Below are positions 38,400-53,001 of a DNA stretch of 64,000 bases, piece after piece. The stretch is from Torpedo marmorata (Eukaryota), in the NCBI GenBank assembly GCA_977017645.1, contig OZ360230.1, forward strand, positions 81,964,001 to 82,028,000. The letters run 5' to 3'. The stretch's first letter is position 1. The number at the start of each line of letters is the position of its first letter. The notes beneath the pieces were generated by a model. It worked only from the letters and a program-made list of their open reading frames with translations. It ran no database searches and was not told the DNA's origin. The position numbers were made by a program, and so were the translations under genes.

Positions 38400-40198
38400 C
38401 CAACAATGGAAACAACGAAGGATACCCGACAGCTGTGGCAGGACCTAAATGAGATAACCTGCTACAAAACCTAATCCAGTGCAGTAGGAGACAGCAAGGC
38501 TTCACTCCCAGGTGAACTCGATGCCTCTTCGCCAAATTTGACTACCAGAATAAGAAAGAATCACTGCACACCCCAATGTCCCTTGATGATCCTCTACTGT
38601 CTGAAGGTGATGTGTGGGATGCCTTCAGGAGAGTGAATTCAAGGAAAGCATCCAGTCCGGACGAAGTACCCGACTGAGTACTGCAAACCTGTGCTGTCCA
38701 ACAGGCCAATGTATTCACGGATATCTTAAACATCTCACTCCAATGGCGTGGTACCCACCTGTTTCAAACAGGCCTCAATCATACTGGTGCCCAAGAAGAG
38801 AGTGGTATCCTGCCTAAATGACTACCGACCAGTGGCACATCCACAGTGATGAAGAGTTTTGAGAGGCCGGTGTGGAAGCATACGAGCTCCTGTCTGAGTG
38901 GTGACATTCATCTGTTTCATTTGCCTACTACAGCAAATGCCTTCTCACTGGCTCTGCACAAAACCCTGGAACACCTAGACAGCAAAGACGCATACATCAA
39001 GATGCTCTTTATCGACTACAATTCAGCATTCAACACTATCAATACCTCAAAACTGAATAGCAAGCTCCCAAGACCTGGGCATCTGAACCCCACTGATTAA
39101 TTAGATTCTGAATTTCCTCACCTCCAGATCCCAATCAGTGAGGATTGGCAAGAATATCTCCACAATCTCCATCAGCACCGAAGCACCACAGGGCTGCGTA
39201 CTTAGCCCCCTGCTCAACTCACTTTATACCTTTGACTGTGTGGCTAGGTACAACAATAACAACATTTACAAATTTGCTAACGATACTACAGGAGTGGGCT
39301 GTTTAAAAAGGGGTGATGAGTCAGCATACAGGAGGGAGATTGAAAACTTGGCTGAATGATGTACTAACAACAACCTCACACTCAATGTCACCAAAACCAA
39401 GGAGATTGTGGACTTCAGGAAGGGAGAACAGAGGTGTACGATCCAGTGATAATTGGGGTATCATAGGAGAGGGTGAGCAAATTTAAATTCCTGGGAGTTG
39501 CTATCTTGGAGGACCTTTCCTGAACCCAGCATATTATTTGTAATTGTGAAGAAAGCGCGTCAGTGCCTCTACTTCCTCAGGAGTTTGCAGAGATTTGGTA
39601 TGATATCGTAAACATTGGCAAACTTCCACAGATGCGTAGTGATACATGTGCTGATCAGCTGCATCACGGCTGGTATGACGGCACCAATACCTCTGAGCAG
39701 AAAGCCCTGCAAAAGGTAGTGGACACAACCAAGTACATCACTGGCAAAACTCTCCCTACCATCAAGAACATCTCCATGGAACACTGCTGTTGGAGAGCAG
39801 CAGCAATTATCAAGGATCCACACCACCCAGTACATGCTCCTTTCTCACTGCTGCCATCAGGAAAGAGGTATAGGCACCACAAGACTCATACCACCAGGTT
39901 CAGGGACAGTTGTTACTCTTCCACCATCAGACTTCTAAACAGCAAACTCAATCAGAGACTCATTTAAGGACTCTCGCTTTACACATTATTTATTACTGAA
40001 TATCTTTTCTGCATTGCACAGTTTGTTTACATTTCTTTCTATGTTTAAAATTCTCTCTTATGTATACGTATCTTTTTCTTAAGTACAGTTTACACTACTG
40101 ATCAGTAAAAATTCTTCCTGGACCACAGGAAAAATTAGCTCAGGGTTCTATGTGATGTCCTGGACATAATCTGACAATATATCTGAACTTTGAACTTT
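38400..40198 (+). mobile_element. Rex1/Babar LINE, older degraded copy (second subfamily)
   Basis: [35 protein letters not shown]; tail tgacaatatatctgaactttgaacttt. Confidence 0.9.
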
Positions 40199-40469
40199 AA
40201 TTTCAATAATGTAGGTTGTGGTTAAAGTAAGGTAGAGAAAGCTCACATTGACATTTGAAGTCAACAGAGGTGCAATCATCCATTTGTATTTGGTCTCCCT
40301 TTCTGTGAAAGCAACTGTGTTGTGACCAGTAAATGAAAATACTCATTCATTTCTGCTTCAGCTGGAATGAATGAGGCCCCAGCAGCCTGGAGGTGAATAA
40401 GTAAAGGGCATGGATTGCATTTGTGTGGGATAGTACTATCGGAAGATGAGTGGTGGTGGAGATGGCCAA

Positions 40470-43110
40470 GCCAGACTTCAACATCAGGGAGTGCTGTGTG
40501 ATGTGCTTTACAGAAACATGGCTAAATGCGGACATTCCGGACACGGCGCTGCAGCCCAAGGGCTACACCCTCCATCGCGCCTTGAAAAACCAGGGGAGGC
40601 AGCGTTTGTGTCATCATCAATTCATCGTGGTGCACAGACGTGACGGTCATGTCCCAGTCCTGCTCCCCCGACCTGGAACATCTGGCGATCAAGTGTCGCC
40701 CATTCTACCTGTCGAGGGAGTTCACCGCCATCATCCTGGTCGCAGTGTACATTCCGCCCCAGGCTAACATCAGGCTGACACTGGAGGAACTGAGCACTGA
40801 TACACAGCCATGAGACAGCACATCCTGATGCCTTCCTGATCATCGTGGGAGACTTCAATCAGGACAACCTGAAGAAGTCTCTGACAAACTACCACCAACA
40901 CGTCACATGCGAGACCAGGGGAACCAACACACTCGACCATTGCTACGCCACCATGAAGAACGCATATCGAGCCATACCATGACCGCACTTCGGCAAGTCT
41001 GATCACCTGGCTGTACTTCTACTCCCGGCGTACAAGCAGAGACTGAAGACCACAGCACCAGTGGTGAGAACGGCGAAAGTATGGTCGAGGGAGGCGGAGG
41101 AGCATATGCAGGACTGCTTTTAATCGGTGGACTGGAACATATTCAAGAACTCATCCATAAACCTGAATGAATATGCAACAGGTGTCACCGACTTCATCAA
41201 GACCTGTGTGGATGAGTGTGTGCCCACGCGCAAATACCGGGTGCTCCCCAACCAGAAGCCCTGGATGAATCAGAATTTGCAACCTGCTGAGGGCAAGAAC
41301 AAGGGCGTTTAAGGCCAGGGATCGGGATCTTTACGAGAAGTCCAGGCACGACCTGCGGAAGGCCATCTCTGAAGCAAAGTGGCAATTCCGGAGGAAGACA
41401 GAGACAGATACACGCCAGCTATGGCAGGGAGTGCAGGCCATTACAGCCGACAAAGCGAGGACGAACACTATAGACGGCTGTGATGCTTCACTACCCGATG
41501 AGCTGAACACCTTCGATGCCCGTTTTGAGAAGAAGAACCAAACAGTGCCTACTTGAATCCCTGAAAAGGCTGAGGACACTGTGATATCTGTCTCTGAGGG
41601 CGACGTCAGAACATCATTCGAGAGGGTGAACCCTCGCAAGGCGTCAGGCCCTAATGCCGTACCTGGCAGGGTACTGAAAATCTGCGCCAACCAACTAGCC
41701 GGAGTGTTCACGGACATTTTCAACCTCTCATTGTGGCAGTCAGAGGTTCCCACCTGCTTCAAAAGGGCATCAATCATCCCAGTACACAAGAAGAGTACTA
41801 TGAGCTGCCTCAACGACTACCACCCAGTAGCACTATCTTCTACTGTGATGAAATGCTTTGAGAGGCTGGACATGGCCAGAATTAACATGTAGCTAAGCAA
41901 AGATCTGGACCCACTGCAATTCTCCTATCGTCACAATCGCTCCACAGCAGATGCAATATTGCTGGCTCTCCACTCAGCTCTGGATCATCTCGAAAACAGC
42001 AATTCATACATACGGCTGCTCTTCATCGACTACAGCTCGGCCTTCAATACCATTATTCCGTCAGTGCTGGTCAAGAAGCTACAACCTCTAGGCCTCTGTA
42101 TCCCCCTCTGCAACTGGATCCTTGACTTTCTCATCTGTAGACCACAGTCAGTACGAATTAGAAACAACGTCTCCTCACTGATTATCAACACAGGTGCACC
42201 CCAAGGATGCGTGCTTAGCCCACTGCTCTACCCGTTATACACCCATGACTGTGGCCAGGCACAATTCCAATGCCATCTGCAAGTTTGCCGATGACACCAC
42301 AGTTGTCGGCAGAATCACAAACGGCAATGAGGAAGAGTACAGGAGGGAGATAATCAGCTCGTTGAAGGGTGTAACGGCAACAACCTTGCGCTCAACGTCA
42401 GCAAAACCCAGGAAATGATTGTGGACTTCAGGAGGAAGTCAGGGGAACATGACCCAGTCCTCATCGAGGGCTCAGTAGTGGAGAGGGTCAAGAACTTCAA
42501 GTTCCTGGGTGTCAACATCTCCAAGGATCTGTCCTGGAGCCTCCACGTTGATGCAATCACAAAGAAGGCTCGCCAGCGGCTATACTTTGTGAGTTGTCTG
42601 AGGAGATTCGGTATGTCACCGAAGACTCTCGTAAACTTCTACAGGTGTACCGTGGAGAGCATTCTGGCTGGTTGCATCACTGCCTGGTATGGAGGCACCA
42701 ACTCTCAGGCCAAGAATAAACTCCAGAGGGTTGTTAACTCGGCCTGTGACATCACAGGCACCAGACTTCACTCCATCGAGAACATCTACATGAGGCGGTG
42801 TCTTAAAAAAGCAGCCTCTATCCTCAAAGACCCCCACCACCCAGGCCATGCCCTCTTCACTCTGCTACCATCGGGAAAAAGGTACAGGAGGCTAAAGACG
42901 AGCACTCAACGGCATAAAGACAAGCTTCTTCCCCGCTGCCATCAGATTCCTGAATAATCAATGAACCAAAGACACTGCCTTACTTTTCGTGCACTATTAT
43001 TTATATTTTTTTATAGTAATGTCGTAAGATGGTTATAATGTGAATGTTTGCACTATGATGCTGCCGCAAAACACCGAATTTCATGACTTGTTCATGACAA
43101 TAAATTCTGA
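40470..43110 (+). mobile_element. Rex1/Babar LINE including most of the APE endonuclease and the RT, frameshifted
   Basis: CCVMCFTETWL, IVGDFNQ, GKSDHL, NQKPW, RT motifs; tail gacaataaattctga. Confidence 0.93.
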
Positions 43111-43939
43111 AAGTCAATATGTGGAAGTTATGATCTCAGAACTATTAACTGGGAGTGGTGGGTATTCCTGGTCTCAGATGTTGTGGGGTGATATTCACTG
43201 AACATGGACGCTGACGGTCTAAAAGGAAAATATAGGGAAAATCCTTGTTCTGGAAGGGTGGAGTAGAGGTGAGAAAGGGTGGGGAATGGAATAGAAATGA
43301 TTTTGGGGTCAGCTATGATAGAGGAATAAACTTGCTGGAGCTAATGGGCAAAGGAACTGTGAGAATGGAGAAGGAAGGAGGTGTTGTCAAGGTAGTTATG
43401 GGAGTTGGTGGGTATATAGGAGGTACAATATGAACATGAGATCAACCTATGCCCACAACGTATTGTAACAGGCAAGGGTCGTGCACCCAAAATTGGAGGC
43501 GACTGAGTCATGTTTGTTGGCTTTATAGCTGGGAGATAACAAAGAAAAGAATAAAAAGCATTTTCTCTGATGTATGAGATACTATGATCTTGAGACTTCA
43601 GCTGGAACTTCAGCTTTTCACCACATATATATTAAAGGAGAGAAGTGTGGCTGAAAGTTTGCTGACATGGGCAGTACTTTTTGTGGATGAAGCTGGAAGC
43701 TTATGAAGGGATATATGAAGATTGAATCCATTGTGATGTGTGCACCATTGCTTTCGGTGTGAGAGACAAATCTGGATACTTTCTCATGCTGAGAAACTAT
43801 GAGTTATAGTGGGAAGCCAAGTGACTAAAATGTCCAATGTAAATCATTAAACGCTAGTATGTTTGCATAAAAGTTATTAGTTAAGAAATGTTGTAGTAGA
43901 TGTCCCAGTACAGATCCCTCATAATCGCAAGATTACCTC

Positions 43940-44370
43940 TTACAAATGACATTGGTGAGACCACACTTGGAATATTGAGCACCGTTTCAGTTGGCCCACT
44001 ATTGGAAAGATATCATTAAGCTGGAAATGGTGCAGGAAAAGAATCCATGAGCATGTTACTGGGACTGGTAAACTTGAATTATAAGGAGATGTTGTACATG
44101 CTGTGATTTTTATCCCTGGAGCATGGGATAAAGGAGATACCTTAAAGAGGTTTGTAACATGATGGGGGACATAGATAAGGTAAATAATAGTTTATTTCCC
44201 AAGTTAGGGGAGTTTAAAACTAGAGGGAATAGATTTAGACTTCCCTACCTTGGTGAGAGGGAAATGACTTGAAAGGATCTGAAGGAAATTACTTCATGCA
44301 GAGAATGGTGGATATATGGGATGAGCTTTGGCGGACCTGGAAAAGATTAGATAGGAACGTTTTAGAGGGA
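43940..44370 (+). mobile_element. Old CR1 3' fragment (resumes at ~45690-45745)
   Basis: ttggtgagaccacacttggaatattg (LVRPHLEY), aaaactagaggg. Confidence 0.7.
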
Positions 44371-44374
44371 TATG

Positions 44375-45690
44375 TGGATAGCCAGGGACTGATTAGGGAT
44401 AGTCAATATGACTTTGTGCGTGGTCGGTCGTGTTTAACTAATCATCGAGTTTTTCGAGGAGGTTACCAGGAAAGTTGATGAAAGAAAGGCTGTGGTGGAT
44501 GTTGTCTACATGGAATTTAGTAAGGCTTTTGACAAGATCCCACATGGGAGGTTAGTCAGGAAGGTTCAGATGCTCGGTATTCTTGGTGAGGTAATAAACT
44601 GGATTTGACATTGGCTACACGGGAGAAGCCGGAAGTGTATGATTGCTTCTCAGACTGCAGGCCTTTGACTAGTGGTGTGCCTCAGGGATCAGTGCTGGGA
44701 CCATTGTTGTTTGTCATCTATATCAATGATCTGGATGATAATGTGGTAAATTGAATCAGTAAGTTTACAGATGACACAAAGATTGGAGGCATTGTGGACA
44801 GTGTCGAAGGCTTTGAAAGCTTGCAGAGGGATTTGGCCCAGCTGGAAAAATGGGCTGAAAAATGGCAGATGGAATTTAATGCAGCCAAATATGAGGTGTT
44901 GCATTTTGGAAGGCAAACAAAGGTAGGACATACACAGTAAATGGTCGGGCACTGGGGAGAGTGGAGAGGGATCTGGGAATACAGATACATCATTCCCTGA
45001 AAGTGGTGTCACAGATAGATAGGGTTGTAAAGAGAGCTTTTGGCATATTGGCCTTCATAAATCAAAGTACTGAGTATAGAATTTGGCATATTGGCCTTCA
45101 TAAATCAAAGTACTGAGTATAGAATTTGGGATGTTATGGTAAAGTTGTATTTGATATTGGTGAGGCCAAATTTGGAGTATTGTATGCAGCTTTGGTCACC
45201 TACCGGTAACTACAGGAAAGATATCAATGAGATTGAAAGAGTGCAGAGAAGATTTACAAGGATGTTGCTGGGACTTGAGGAACTGAGTTACAGGAAAAGG
45301 TTAAACAAGTTAGGGCTTTATTCCCTGAAGCGTAGAAGAATGAGGAGAGATTTGATAGAGGTATATAAAATTATATGGGGTATAGGCTGTGTAAATGCAA
45401 GTAGGCTTTTTCCACTGAGGGTGGGTGAGATACAAACCAGAGGACATGGGTTAAGGGTGAAAGGGGAAAAGTTTAGGGGAACATTAGGGGGAACTTCATA
45501 CAGAGTAGTGGGAGTGTGGAACGAGCTTCCAGCAGAAGTGAATGCGGTTTTAATTTTCACATTTAAGAAAAATTAGAACAGGGATATGGAGGGCTATGGA
45601 CTGGGTGCAGGTCAGTGGGACTAGGCAGATTAATAGTTTGGCACAGATTAGAAGGGCTGAAGGGCCTGTTCTGTGCTGTAATATTCTATA
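44375..45690 (+). mobile_element. CR1 LINE 3' part (RT), degenerate, with a 43-bp tandem duplication at 45039-45124
   Basis: [36 protein letters not shown]; apparently inserted into the older CR1 at atatg. Confidence 0.88.
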
Positions 45691-46369
45691 TGGGCCATAA
45701 GCAGTTAACATGGGCATGTTGGGCTGAAGGGCCTGTTTTCATGCAAAATAACCCTCTGATCCTATTAATGGAATTCTGGTTTTTATGTTAGATCCAGGAA
45801 TTCAAATTCAAAGTGAGAAAATTATGTCTCAGTTGTGAGGGGTATTGGTCAGTTTTGATTGGGGTGCATTTCATTTTGGTTCACACACTAAAACACGAAT
45901 GTTTAAAGATTAGAGTGGATGCAGTGAAGATTCACTGAAATGATACTGGATTTATAGGGTTAAATTCATCAGAGTGCATTCCATTTAGAAAATCAGTGGG
46001 TAAAGAAGTTATTTGAGAAGGTAGGTGGGGAAATCCAAAACAGACTTGCACAATATAAGACCTTGACCATTTAGAAGTGAAATCAGAAACTTTTCACATG
46101 AGAATTAGGGAAATCTTGAATTTGTTTCTGCATAAGACTTTCAAAAGTGATATTGTTAAATAGGTACATTATAACCAGCCATTGAATGCCAGAACAGTTC
46201 AAGTGCTGAATAGCATAAATATACTTAGCCTTTCCTTGTCTTGCTCAATGGAGAGCAGAAATTGTACTGCTCAAATACCAGCTTTAATGCTTTGCTTTTG
46301 ACAATACTGTATCAAGTTTCTCATTCCATGCCCAATGCACTTCCATGATCCTACTGACATTTATAATAG

Positions 46370-47350
46370 TTCCCATTCACTGTTTGTTGACTACAGCTCA
46401 GCGTTCAACACCATCATACCAGCAAAACCTATGACCAAAGTAAAGAATCTGGAATCCTGTTCATCCCTCTGCAACTGGATCCTTAAATTCCTCAACAACA
46501 GACCCAAATCACCTCCTCCTCACTGACCATCAACATGGACACCTCAAGGCTGCATGTTCAGTCCCTGCTTTATTCCCAATAAATTCATGACTGCGTAGCC
46601 ATTTTTGGCTCCAACACAATCTATAAATTTGCTGATGGCACCACCATTGTTTGCCTAATAATGGGAAATTATGAATCAGTATACAGGATGGAGATTGAGA
46701 ATCTAGTTGGGTGGTGCCAGAACAGCAATCTTGCTCTCAGAGTCAACAAGACCAAGAAGTATATTGCGGATATTAGAAAGGGGAGGCCAAGGGACCATGC
46801 ACCTGTCCTCATTGACAGGTGGAGAGGATTAATACCTTCAGGTTTCTGTGAATCCACATATCAGAGGACCTCTCCTGGAGCCAGTACTTCAAGGCAACAG
46901 TGAAGAAGGTACACCAACCCTTGCACTTTCCAAGAAATCTGAGGAGATTTGGCATGTTGTCAAATACTCCATCAAACTTCAATGGAGAGTATACTGAATG
47001 GTTGCATCACAGCCCAGTTTGGTAATTCAAGTATCCAGGAATGCAGAAGGCTGCATAAAGTAGCAAACATAGCCAGGGTCGTCGCTGGCTCTGACTCCTT
47101 TTTGAAAACGTCAAAATGAGGTGCTGCCTTTGAAGGCAGTCGACATTATTAAGGACCCCTCATAACCCTGGTCACGACATCTCTTGTTGCAACCTTTGGA
47201 AAAAGGTAAAATCTGAAGCCCAACACCTCAAGAACAGTTTATTTTACCAAAAGGTGTCCGGCTCTTGAACCTCCCCTTAGCACCTTAATCATAAACTATT
47301 CCAGGACCACAAAAAGGCCTGTCAACATTATTGCACTATTTTTCTTGCAC
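46370..47350 (+). mobile_element. Highly degraded Rex1/Babar LINE
   Basis: [30 protein letters not shown]. Confidence 0.8.
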
Positions 47351-48951
47351 TAAAAGTGTAACTGAATATTTATTATCTATCTTTTATATTTATTATTTCT
47401 TTTTGTACTGAGTAATTTAATGTATGCTATTGGAATTGTATTTTTTAACAAAAGTACCTGTTTGGTTGCATATGTGCGTCGTACTTATGTGTATGACTGT
47501 AATGTTATCATCATCATACGGATCACAAAGTAAAACAGTCTCCAGTTCAGTCATTCTCGGAGTCTGACTGTGAAGTTCTGTGTCTTTTCCTTTTACACCA
47601 GGAAAAATATTTACTCTTTCACATTTTTCTTGCATCCATAGATGTGCCTATTCATGCATCTCATGCCAAGATGTGTTCTTATTTGCTTAATAGTCACGCC
47701 AAAGTTCACAGGGCTATTGACCACATACTGTCTACTGGTGACTTTCCAGTGGCTAATTCCCAATTAATCATCAAATTTAGATAAGCATGGCCAGAGCTGC
47801 TCTTCTCATTATACCACATTATTTCCCTGTCATCTCCCAGTAATTTTCCTTCTTCACCTAAGTTCATTAGGCTGTGAGATTTGTGGTCTTACCAGCCTGT
47901 ACACCAATTAATAAGGTGCTTTCATGTTTAAGAGTCTGTTTAGTGAACATAATGAATTAGTAGTAAAAACCTGAGCTCTGTTAATGTGCACTGACAAACA
48001 ACACTTCAGGAGGGTCACTGTTCTCACTATGGCTCACGGCTTTTTAAGAAATTGGCTTATATTTATGTTTTAAATGTCTGAACTTCGCATTTTGGTGTCA
48101 AACAAACTAAATGAACATTGCAGCTTTACTTAAAGGAGGATACAAAGTAGAATTCCGTATTAGAATGCCAGGTTTTACCAATCTGGTTTTCAATTTTCTC
48201 CCATGTTCGCATGAACTAAATCTTGACATTCAACTTGAGCAGAGGAAGTGGAAAGGACTTAATTCCTCATTCTTTAATTACAAATAAATTTAATAAAAAG
48301 GGTATGGTCAGTTCAAAGCTACTTTAAACATTTTGGCCAGGTTACAACCCTATCTGTGTCATATCTATGTCAAATTTTTACAGAAAAGTTTTAAAACATT
48401 CCACTGTACTGTTACATCTGTCATTGTGTTTACCAGTTAAATGCAAACATTATCAGCACTTTGGCAATATACGCATTAAATAGTAGCTTAACCATTGAGA
48501 GGAGAAATTTCAGCAATGGTCCAACAGAAAGCCTTTCAGTTTAGTGTGGAACCACAATGATTATATCACAATTCAACAACAAAGTTGTTGGAAAATAAAT
48601 ATGGTTTGAAGACTAAAGTTTGATCCCTCATCACAACTATGTGAACGTACAAAATATTCCAATGTAGATGGATAGTTTTCACAGCCTGTAAACTAGTTCA
48701 AGAAAGACCTTTCTTTAATAAGGAATGGTGTTAAAATTGTAAATATTGTTATAACTTCCTTCCTTCCTTAATTGTACTTCCAACTGGCCCTTTCTTTGGC
48801 CAGCTTCTCTACAACAGTGGCCATTCATCCAGGTGTTCCCCCCTCGTCTGGAGGCACGCATCCCAGATGGCCGCATTCTCGTGGGAAGTCTGGGGTCGGC
48901 CCGGCAGGCGCGCATCCAGAGCGTACCGGTATTCACATAGGAGCACCCCAT

Positions 48952-51948
48952 AGAACGAAACAAAGATATTATGAATTAGGAGAAAGAGCTCATAAAGTTT
49001 TAGCATGGCAATTAAAAAAAGAACAAGTTTCTAAAACTATAAATGCTATAAAAAAAAGTACTGGTGAAATAACTTATAAACCTCAGGAAATAAATGAATC
49101 CTTTAGAGAATATTATCAAAATTTATATACCTCTCAGATTGATCATGATGATACAAAAATTAATAGATTTTTACCTAAAATTACATTACCTAGATTAAAT
49201 AATTTTAATAGAGATATATTGGATCTACCTATTACAATGAGAGAAGTAGCTGAAGCTTTATCGACATTGAAAAGTGGTAAATCCCCTGGTGATGATGGAT
49301 TTCTGATAGAGTTTTATAAAGAATTTAAAGATTTATTGATACCTATATATATGGAAGTATTGAGTCAAATTAAGGAAACCCATTTATTACCGAAAACTTT
49401 TTTGAATGCTATCATTGCAGTTATACCAAAGAAAGATAGAGATGTATTAAAAACTGAGTCGTATAGACCTATATCATTGTTGAATGTAGATTATAAAATA
49501 ATGGCAAAAATTTTGACAAACAGATTAGCTAAGTATCTACCGATTTTAATACATTCAGATCAAGCAGGATTTATTAAAAATAGATATTCGAAAGATAATA
49601 TAGGAAGATTAATAAGTTTAATCAATTTGCAAAAAAGGAAACAAGATTTGCCATTGGTGATATCATTAGACGCGGAAAAGGCATTTGATAGACTGGAATG
49701 GAATTTTTTATTTAAGGTTTTAGAGAAATTTGGATTTGGGGATACTTTTATAAATTGGATTAAAACTATATATAAAGATCCTACAGCTAGAGTAATTACA
49801 AATGGTCAGATATCATCTAAATTTCCCTTGACGCGGTCAACAAGACAAGGATGTCCTTTATCACCTGCTCTATTTGTATTGGCAATAGAACCGTTGGCTG
49901 AAATGATTAGGAAAGATATTAATATAAATGGGATTAAAGTAGGTACAGAAGAGCATAAAATTAGTTTATTTGCAGATGATGTATTAATATATATGACGAA
50001 ATCAATTGTATCACTTCAACAATTAGCTAAAATACTGATGGAGTATGGTGAGATATCTGGATATAAAATAAACTCGGATAAAAGTGAGATAATGGCTTTA
50101 TCTCAAGGAGATTATACTAAATGTAAAGAAGTTACAAGATTTAAATGGGCTAAAGAAGGAATTAAATATTTGGGAGTTAAAGTAGATACAAAATTGGAAA
50201 ATTTATATAAATTAAATTATATACCTTTATTTCAGAAAATAAAGAAAGATTTGGAGAATTGGAAAGATTTACCTATAACTTTAATGGGAAGAGTGAATTG
50301 CATTAAAATGAATATTTTTCCAAGAATTCAATATCTTTTTCAATCTATTCCTTTTGGAATTCCTCAAAATTTTAAAAAAGATTTAAAAATTATTATTAGG
50401 AAATTTTTATGGAAGGGAAAGTTAGCGAGAGTAAGTATGGATAAATTAACTTGGAATTATGAGATGGGTGGATTACAACTCCCCAATTTTCAATATTATT
50501 ATAAGGCAGCTCAATTAAAGTTTATTAATGAATTTTTTGATTTAACTAAATCTACTGCTTGGATTAATATAGAATTGAATAATATAGGGGAGAGATATAA
50601 AGAAGATATTATTTATAAGTGGAATTCTAAATTATTATTAGTTAAAAAGAAAAATTCACCGATTATTAAACATTTGCTGGAAATTTGGACACAATTAGAT
50701 AATGAGATAGGACGAAAAGGGTCATTATCTCCAAATATGCCACTGTATCAAAATCTATTTTTACCATTTTCTATTGACAATCAATTTTTAAAAATATGGT
50801 TTCAAAAAGGAATTAAGAAGATTAAAGATTGCTTTGAGGCTGGAAGATTTGTTACATTTTCTAGATTGAAAGAAAAATTTGGAATATTAGATAATACAAT
50901 TTTAGCTTATTATCAGGTTAAAGGATTTTTAGTTGAGAAATTGGGAAATCAATTAATAGCTCCAAGACAGGATGGATTAGAATTATTAATTACTAATGGA
51001 AATGTTAATAAATTTATATCACAAATGTATAAATTACTTCAGAGAAAAATGCCTAAAGTAGGATTCCATAAATCAAGATTAAAATGGGAATCAGATTTAA
51101 ATATTAATATAGATGAAAAACACTGGAAAGATTTATGTAAATTGAGTATGACTAAAATTATTAATGTTAGGTATAGATTAGTACAATATAATTTTTTTCA
51201 TCAACTATATTTAACACCTAAAAAATTAAAGAAATTCAATCCGGCATTATCAGATATGTGTTTTAGATGCAAGGATGAAATTGGTTCTTTTGTTCATTCA
51301 ACATGGTTATGTCCTAAAATTAAGGACTTTTGGTCTAAAGTTAAAAAAAATTTAGATAGAATTTTTAATATTATATTTCCAATGGATCCTATGTTATTTT
51401 TATTTGGAGATATTAAAAAATTTAGTATTAGAAATAGATTAAATATGTATCAAATTGAATTTTTACGAATTGTTTTAGCGGTTTCAAAAAAATGTATTGC
51501 TATTACTTGGAAATCAGATTTAGATTTGAATTTAGATAGATTGCATGCAGAATTACGTTCATGTATACCATTAGAAAAGATTACATACAATTTACATAAT
51601 AAATATCATTTCTTTTTGAAAACTTGGAGCCCATATATGAGAGCTATGGGTATGAATTAATTCTCTGGAAGTCGGCTCTGCTGGCGAAATCAACCTCCAA
51701 TATATAAATAGAATTAGTTTGTAGTTTGTTTTCTCCTCACTTTAATTCTTTATTATTCAACTTTTTTCTTTTTATTTTTATTTTTTTTTCTTTTGTTTTT
51801 ATATATTTTTTTTCTTTAGAATAGTGGGAGGGGGGTTGGGGAGGGGAGGGAGGGAGGGAGGAAATATATCACATGTATTTGGAATGATATATTATTTTTG
51901 ATCTATGTATTTTGTGATTTTAAAATTTAAATAAAATAAAAAACAAAA
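48952..51948 (+). mobile_element. L1-clade LINE, 5'-truncated, uninterrupted ORF2 (RT + C-terminal CCHC) to 51660
   Basis: KSPGDDG, YRPISLLNVD, SLDAEKAFD, TRQGCPLSP, LFADD; A-rich tail; 17-bp TSD acataggagcaccccat at 48935-48951 and 51949-51965. Confidence 0.96.
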
Positions 51949-51965
51949 ACATAGGAGCACCCCAT

Positions 51966-52986
51966 TGCTGGGCTGTGGACTGTTGGCAGTCTCGTGCCAG
52001 GATGTAGTTCCTGCTCGCATTCCCACTGATTGTTTGGACCGGTGCTGACCGAGCTAGGTGTGTCTCATTGCCAAGGCGTGCTCCCTTTGTGGACTCACTG
52101 GGAGAGTCAGGACTGTTTTTGTGCCAAATTGTAGGGAGGGGAAAAATAAACCAGTTCCCAAAGCACCCACCCCAGCAAAGATTATTGGAAGCAAGGTGGT
52201 TAAGTGGTGGGGGGAGTGGAAGAATGGCGTCATCACTGAAATATTTTGATTAAAGAATCCATACAAGCAGCTCCTGTAGCTGTCGTCGAGCGGTGTCGGT
52301 GGAGGTGGAAGTCCCTCAGCTGCATGTGCCGGAGCAGTGATGCAGGTGCCGCAGTCTGGTGTGGTGGTGCTGTGTGCGTATTCGTAGGCTCCCACAGCGC
52401 CGATCAGCGTAGGCTAGAAGAGGAGCAGCTTGAAGGGTAGTCTTTTTCTGTTGGTTGGTGGGGGGGAAAGAAGGGGGGGTGGTGTGTTTGGGAGAACTCG
52501 CTCACATCTGGTGGGTTGGTTGGTGTGGTAACATGACAGATTAATTAGGGGCCACTTCTGGTGGGGGAGGAGCAAAGGGGAGGCTGGTCTGGGTTGGAGA
52601 GGGCGGTGCATTGGAAGCTCTACCCTTACGGGGCTTCCCTCTGCAATGCTCTTTCCAGAGAGCATGCATGTCTCTGTGAGTCACTGGAAGGGTGGCGTCA
52701 CTGAACTTTGTTTCAACCCTGCAAACTTGAGCGAGTGCTCCCTGCACCATGTACTCCGATCCCGCTAACCTACTAAACCCCGCACTATCATGAGTCCACC
52801 CGGGAATTCTACTCTCGTGCCCTAAGGCTCCATTACTAGTTGTGGGGCCCTTCCTGCCAGTCCTGTTTGCGAGGAAGTATGCCATCATACACACACACAC
52901 TCATGCACACACACCACACATGCACGACAGGAGACCCACACACATGCTTGTTAATATAAGTTCAAACATCGTGACTTCACGTGTGT
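51966..52986 (-). mobile_element. Internal region of an LTR element or ERV remnant (continues at ~48780-48934 and 59657-59677)
   Basis: Removing the L1s by their TSDs joins this GC-rich block to the PBS and LTR at 59660-61262; degenerate minus-strand ORFs at 52541-52969 and 52054-52395. Confidence 0.6.
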
Positions 52987-53001
52987 CCAACCGTGACTCC
53001 T

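Noticed and set aside
45039-45129. 43-bp tandem duplication
   Set aside because: Local slippage inside a dead CR1; no sign of function.
47417-47635. Possible minus-strand exon (ends near CAG|GTACTT)
   Set aside because: No recognisable homology, no clear acceptor and no partner exons.
48772-48951. N-terminal extension of the 962-aa ORF, suggesting a chimeric or domesticated L1 gene
   Set aside because: It starts at TTG and is chance read-through from flanking LTR-element sequence across the TSD. The L1 is simply 5'-truncated.
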